A DNA stretch of 59,450 nt, from the IMG/VR virus record IMGVR_UViG_3300020045_002012, positions 1-59,450 of that record; one strand, written 5' to 3'. Source of the stretch: a virus. Its lineage: Duplodnaviria > Caudoviricetes. The notes below the pieces were generated by a model. The model was not told the origin of the DNA and did no database searches. It worked only from the letters and a program-made list of their open reading frames with translations. Below are positions 55,352 to 59,450 of the stretch, piece after piece (within the stretch, counting starts at the first letter, position 1; each line of letters opens with the position of its first letter). The position numbers and the translations under genes were made by a program.

Positions 55352-56281
55352 TTACACGCCAGGAGTACCGAACATGGCGCGCCAGTCAGTCCAGCCGGAG
55401 CCAAAACGCATAGTACTCTTGAAGCGCGTTGAATCGGAGTCGAAGTCGCCTTCCAACGACTTTTCGATTTTGCGCCGCCACAGAGTCTTGAGGCCCTCAG
55501 CCGCGTCTGTCTGGAGGAACCAGGCGGAGGCCGAAGTGAGACGCGACAAGGTAACTACGTCCTTGAGCAGGCCGAGCGAGTTTACTGGATTCAAATCATT
55601 GTTGTTAGTCCCAGCGCGCAACACGCTCTTCAGCAAGACTTCAGCTTGGAGCATATTACTCGGTGCTACGACCAGCTTCTTCGGGGTAAGGCGAATCTTC
55701 TTGCCCCGCGGGTCAGCTGCTTGGCGAAGCTGAATCATCATCTGTTCCAGGGACGTCTGCGACAGAGCTGCGGAAGTGCTCAGCAGGTTGGACACAGCCG
55801 GGTCACCGGCTGCAAATGCTTGGGCCGCAGCGTGGTTATTGACAATCATCGCCGAGCCGTCGCCGCCAGTGTACCCAGCATTGAACGCGCGGTTGAGGTG
55901 ATTGGCGTGAACCGTTTCCAGGGTCTCTGTCATGGACTGGGCCAGGTGCTTCGAAAAGGTCGCGCCGATACGGATATGGTCACCGTCTTCAACCAGGACC
56001 TTCGTCAGGGCAAAAGCAAGGCCATACACTTCGTACGGATAGCGCTTGACGAACAGCTGACCGCCGGCGTCATATGTAACCGGGGTGCTATCCGGAAGCG
56101 CCGGCGCAGAGCCCATGCCGTAGAGCATGGGCTCTTCGTGGTAAGCTCGCGCAATGCCGGTGCTACTGGCAAAGAGCTGTTTGTACTCGTCAGCTCTTTG
56201 GTCGTAAACGCCGTCAAAGGCTTGGTTGAGAATCGGTTCAACGATGGACCGAAAATCTGAGGAACGCATAGGAGTAGCCAT
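55352..56281 (-). CDS. Major capsid protein (Mu gpT-like family)
   Basis: 309 aa; YGLAFALT, LNRAFN, LSQTSLE, FGSGWTDWR..FGTPG; strong codon bias; followed by a terminator. Confidence 0.88.
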   Translation of the reverse strand: MATPMRSSDFRSIVEPILNQAFDGVYDQRADEYKQLFASSTGIARAYHEEPMLYGMGSAPALPDSTPVTYDAGGQLFVKRYPYEVYGLAFALTKVLVEDGDHIRIGATFSKHLAQSMTETLETVHANHLNRAFNAGYTGGDGSAMIVNNHAAAQAFAAGDPAVSNLLSTSAALSQTSLEQMMIQLRQAADPRGKKIRLTPKKLVVAPSNMLQAEVLLKSVLRAGTNNNDLNPVNSLGLLKDVVTLSRLTSASAWFLQTDAAEGLKTLWRRKIEKSLEGDFDSDSTRFKSTMRFGSGWTDWRAMFGTPGV

Positions 56282-56297
56282 TGTCTATTCCCCTTTC

Positions 56298-56867
56298 TTA
56301 GATGGAGTTAACTTCGGTCAAGATCTGGTTCTTACCGATCTGGACACGAACGATGGTATAGGCATCACCCCAGGCATTGTCCGCGTACGGCGCAAGACCC
56401 ATAATACGGAAGTTGCCAACCGCGGCTGCGCCCTTAAGCGTAGAGTTCATGTACGAACCCGTGACACCGGTATTGACGTTGCCTGCCGCAATAACAATGT
56501 CAGCCGAATCACCAATAGCGGTAACCGCAACTGCACCACCCGCTTGAATTTCGCATTCGAGCAGCGGATCAAACGGAATGATGTACCATTCGATTTGAGT
56601 CACACCCGACAGCGATGCTGGCCAGTAAGGCGAATACGTCGGCTTACCTGTGGCGTCGTTGTACTTGCAGCCATCAAAGATGCCGATCGCAGCATCATTC
56701 GCCGCGATGATGGCGGCAATGGCGCCGTCGCCAGTCAGCTTAACGAGGTCACCGCGGTAAACAGCAGCGGACGGGATGGAGGTGAATCCTTGAAGGACTC
56801 GCGTGCGAATCGTACCACTCGGGTGGTAGACTGCACGTACGCCAGAAGGCGAAGCTACAGCACTCAT
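56298..56867 (-). CDS. Capsid decoration/cement protein
   Basis: 189 aa; P.G.R..GDLV..G.F.GC.Y motif; directly upstream of the capsid gene. Confidence 0.65.
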   Translation of the reverse strand: MSAVASPSGVRAVYHPSGTIRTRVLQGFTSIPSAAVYRGDLVKLTGDGAIAAIIAANDAAIGIFDGCKYNDATGKPTYSPYWPASLSGVTQIEWYIIPFDPLLECEIQAGGAVAVTAIGDSADIVIAAGNVNTGVTGSYMNSTLKGAAAVGNFRIMGLAPYADNAWGDAYTIVRVQIGKNQILTEVNSI

Positions 56868-56878
56868 GATTTATTCCT

Positions 56879-57451
56879 TTAAATGAAGGTTGGGCTTCGG
56901 GAACTACCGCGCCCCAAGTTGTCAAAGTCACCCTCTACCTGCGCCAGACTGCGGCCATTGCTATCGGAGAAATTCTGCTGACTAACCTTCTCGCGGATCG
57001 AAGCTTCAGACTCAGTAGGCATATCATGATGGTAAATCGTCATGAGATCGTTATAGAGTTGGCTTGGAATCTTGAAAAGAAGCATCTCATTGCAGGACAC
57101 ACAACCTTCAAACTCTCCGCTAGCTACTGCGTACTGAGTACCAAAGGCTGGGACCTCCGAAGACTTGACCGGAGTGTACCCCCGCTGAATACGCTTGTAG
57201 ATGGGGTCTGTACTGTTGGTAGTGCTCAGCCAACAATGATGCCATCCAGCTACTTTCGGCGGGGTAGGTAGAACTTCTTGCACCCAGTCTTGGCGGAGCA
57301 ACTTACGGCGCTCGGCATTAGACAGGGAATTGCCATCTTGAATACGCTCGGCATCTGCAGCGTCACGGGGGCCACGAACTTCACTGGCTGCATCCTTCTT
57401 GAGGCGCTCATCGCCGAAGGTGTCTTTAGTGGTTACTGTTGCCATGCTCAT
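56879..57451 (-). CDS. Conserved head-module protein
   Basis: LPTPP...GWHHCWL...RGYTPV...LLFKIP motif. Confidence 0.6.
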   Translation of the reverse strand: MSMATVTTKDTFGDERLKKDAASEVRGPRDAADAERIQDGNSLSNAERRKLLRQDWVQEVLPTPPKVAGWHHCWLSTTNSTDPIYKRIQRGYTPVKSSEVPAFGTQYAVASGEFEGCVSCNEMLLFKIPSQLYNDLMTIYHHDMPTESEASIREKVSQQNFSDSNGRSLAQVEGDFDNLGRGSSRSPTFI

Positions 57452-57457
57452 AGCTCC

Positions 57458-58402
57458 TTATTTAGATCCAGCGTTTTTGTCGTAGGCCTTAAAGCGGGCA
57501 ATTGCATCTGCTCGCTTCTTGGGGTCATCATAAATTCCGGCATCTTTGAGCGCTTGAACACGCTCTGCCGAAATGTGATAAGCCCACTTTGTGCTAGTCC
57601 CAGTATCGTTATCTGCACCGGAAACTGGCACTCGTCCTTGACGCTTTACTGGATCTCCTTGCTGTCTATTATAACCCGGATTCGCGCGGTGCGGAATATA
57701 TTTTTTCACCCGCGCGTCTAGCTCGTCCCAATACTCTTTGGTAGTTGGGTTCCAACCCTCTTTAACAAGCCGGTCGTCAAGCTTCAGCACAAGGTCGCTG
57801 TCCATATCGGTGCCCGATGGGTCGTACCACTGATTACTTGCCATCCAGTCTTCGGCATGCTGCTTAAGCCTTGGGTCTAGGGGCTGGGGTCGGGAGTCCT
57901 GTGCAGTCATGTTACGCTTGGCGTTCATGAGCATGTTATGACGCTGCTGTGCGGCAAACATCTTCTCCTGCGCGTCAACAGCTACGGCGCCATCGGCCAG
58001 CTCAATAGCCCTACGGTTTACGTTCTTGAAGTGATTGTAGATGCCCTCAGCTTCCTTGATGGCGCCGTCGACTTGCGCCATTTGACTACCCTGGCCTTGA
58101 CGCTCAACAGAAGCCACGCGAGTGGACAGGTTGTTAATTACTTCGTCGCGGGAGGCAAGCTCACGCTTTAGGGAATCGATATAGTTCTTGCGATTCTCTT
58201 TGTTCTGATTCCTGCGCGATCGGTTGCGCTCACGACGAGCTTCTGCGTCATCATCAGACTCGTCATCGTGGCCTTGTTCATCACCCGCCGGGCTGTCTGA
58301 GAGACGCGCGTCATCTTGAGCTTCCCCAGTGGATACCCCGTCGGTGGTATTCTCAACTTCGCTCTCTGAAACTTCATCTTTGAAGTCTTCTTCGTTCGCC
58401 AT
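57458..58402 (-). CDS. Capsid scaffolding protein (putative)
   Basis: Acidic N-terminus, coiled coil, W...NQWY, EYWDELDARV. Confidence 0.65.
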   Translation of the reverse strand: MANEEDFKDEVSESEVENTTDGVSTGEAQDDARLSDSPAGDEQGHDDESDDDAEARRERNRSRRNQNKENRKNYIDSLKRELASRDEVINNLSTRVASVERQGQGSQMAQVDGAIKEAEGIYNHFKNVNRRAIELADGAVAVDAQEKMFAAQQRHNMLMNAKRNMTAQDSRPQPLDPRLKQHAEDWMASNQWYDPSGTDMDSDLVLKLDDRLVKEGWNPTTKEYWDELDARVKKYIPHRANPGYNRQQGDPVKRQGRVPVSGADNDTGTSTKWAYHISAERVQALKDAGIYDDPKKRADAIARFKAYDKNAGSK

Positions 58403-58412
58403 GGTTATCCCC

Positions 58413-58820
58413 TTAGATTAGCTTCAAGTATTGCTCATACTGACCGGTCACCTTATCAACAACCTCGTAGTCGTTGTAGGTGCAGAAAATAACAGTCTGG
58501 TCAGGCTCGTCTGTAAGGGGAATCTCTACACGGTTACAGCCCCCGTATCGAGGCATGAGCACAATATCGCCAATGATACACCAGGCACCTTCCTTCCAGA
58601 GAAAACCAGAGCTGCGATCGCGATAGGCAATCTGTCCTGCCTTAATCACACGGCAGACCACTGTGGAGTTTTTATTGAAGTCCTGGGTCTCGGTTGCCAG
58701 AATGATGCTGCCCTTCTTCTTGGGCACTAGCATCAGCTGAACTAGGATTTTGTTGCCAAGTGGCTCGCGGCCTGGGTCAACATAGGGGAAGTGCGTGGCT
58801 ACCAACTCGTCATGCGTCAT
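58413..58820 (-). CDS. GroES-like co-chaperonin
   Basis: PLGNKILV...GSIILA...V.K.G..AY...GDIV...YGG...ND.EV. Confidence 0.8.
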   Translation of the reverse strand: MTHDELVATHFPYVDPGREPLGNKILVQLMLVPKKKGSIILATETQDFNKNSTVVCRVIKAGQIAYRDRSSGFLWKEGAWCIIGDIVLMPRYGGCNRVEIPLTDEPDQTVIFCTYNDYEVVDKVTGQYEQYLKLI

Positions 58821-58839
58821 ATAGACTCCTAGTCTAAAA

Positions 58840-59040
58840 CTACGGTTTTGAAGCTTCCTCTCGGTCGCCTGTCAGGATGATTTCGAGCATATCCAGGGCC
58901 ATCCTTAAACCCTGATGCCTGCCACAACTTACCCCATGCTCAAACGGATCTGGGTTGGGGTAAGTCATGGCGCTCTCAGATATCTCCAGTAAAGCCTTCT
59001 TGGCTTCAGAGATAAACTGGGATACTATTCGGTCGGTCAC
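58840..59040 (-). CDS. Hypothetical protein
   Basis: 66 aa; GTG overlaps the upstream stop (GTGA). Confidence 0.65.
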   Translation of the reverse strand: MTDRIVSQFISEAKKALLEISESAMTYPNPDPFEHGVSCGRHQGLRMALDMLEIILTGDREEASKP

Positions 59041-59183
59041 TTGACCTGCCTCTTAACTGGCTTCGGATCTTCCGGCTTTGGTACCGGCTGGACGTCAGTG
59101 GAAGGACCATACATCTTCTGCATAGCCTCAAGGCTGGCGTCAGAAGCCACCAGAGCCTGCTCGCCACTGGCAGCCGTAAGCAT
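59037..59183 (-). CDS. 48-aa hypothetical protein (not in ORF track)
   Basis: MLTAASGEQALVASDASLEAMQKMYGPSTDVQPVPKPEDPKPVKRQVK; fills the gap with coupled ends. Confidence 0.55.
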   Translation of the reverse strand: MLTAASGEQALVASDASLEAMQKMYGPSTDVQPVPKPEDPKPVKRQVK

Positions 59184-59188
59184 GTAAA

Positions 59189-59353
59189 TCACTTCTTGGC
59201 CTTTCCGCCGCACTTCAAGCCACGCTTTTTGAGCTCCTGCGTAATGAGCTTTTTGTCCTCTGCCACGTCATCATGCTTAACTGCGCCGCCTTTGGCAAAC
59301 ATCTTGAGCCCTGGCTGTGCCTGCCCCTGCTTAATCTTAGCTAGCTTTCCCAC
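59189..59353 (-). CDS. 54-aa basic protein with two GG motifs (not in ORF track)
   Basis: AAGGAG RBS + GTG; MGKLAKIKQGQAQPGLKMFAKGGAVKHDDVAEDKKLITQELKKRGLKCGGKAKK. Confidence 0.75.
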   Translation of the reverse strand: MGKLAKIKQGQAQPGLKMFAKGGAVKHDDVAEDKKLITQELKKRGLKCGGKAKK

Positions 59354-59450
59354 GATAGACTCCTTGTAAAAGTTAATTATAAGCCATAACTTCTGGCTGC
59401 GTGCATGGTGCTTCTTGATACTTTAAAATAAATATAGTCATCGTGCAGAG
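59330..59450. repeat. Terminal direct repeat, copy 2
   Basis: Identical to 1-121. Confidence 0.97.

Noticed and set aside
483-58730. Many antisense or overlapping ORFs in the track (e.g. 6687-7229, 21532-22326, 49936-50601, 55646-56260)
   Set aside because: Shadows of well-supported genes on the opposite strand, without RBS or recognisable motifs.

Overview
The window is an apparently complete genome (about 59,329 bp after removing a 121-bp end overlap) of a lytic, podovirus-like tailed phage. The spanins and IHF-like sites point to a Gram-negative, probably proteobacterial, host. The minus-strand arm (59353 to 35691, continuing 13202 to 134) carries head, tail, ejection, packaging and lysis genes. 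These include a GroES-like co-chaperonin, a Mu-gpT-like major capsid protein, three beta-helix tailspikes and two homing-type endonucleases. The plus-strand arm (14464-35646) carries early and replication genes: primase-helicase, DenV-like glycosylase, all-alpha dNTPase, ExoX-like exonuclease, dCMP deaminase, DUF932, SSB-like protein, family A polymerase with an intein, VRR-NUC, SNF2 helicase, a ThyA-family enzyme and an Acb4/Tad2-like sponge fusion. The arms diverge at a repeat-rich, mostly non-coding region (13200-16650). No tRNA, integrase, RNA polymerase or CRISPR array was seen. Best leads: (1) a shared [FY]-[AK]-x-G-G peptide tag on several unrelated virion-region proteins, plus a candidate processing domain, suggesting a cargo tagging/maturation system; (2) a thymidylate synthase homologue with Asp at the substrate-specificity Asn, suggesting dCMP modification; (3) a two-domain immune-signal sponge; (4) two colinear origin-like modules and a dispersed GTAC-N3-GTAC motif. 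All family calls come from motif recognition by eye; no searches were run.
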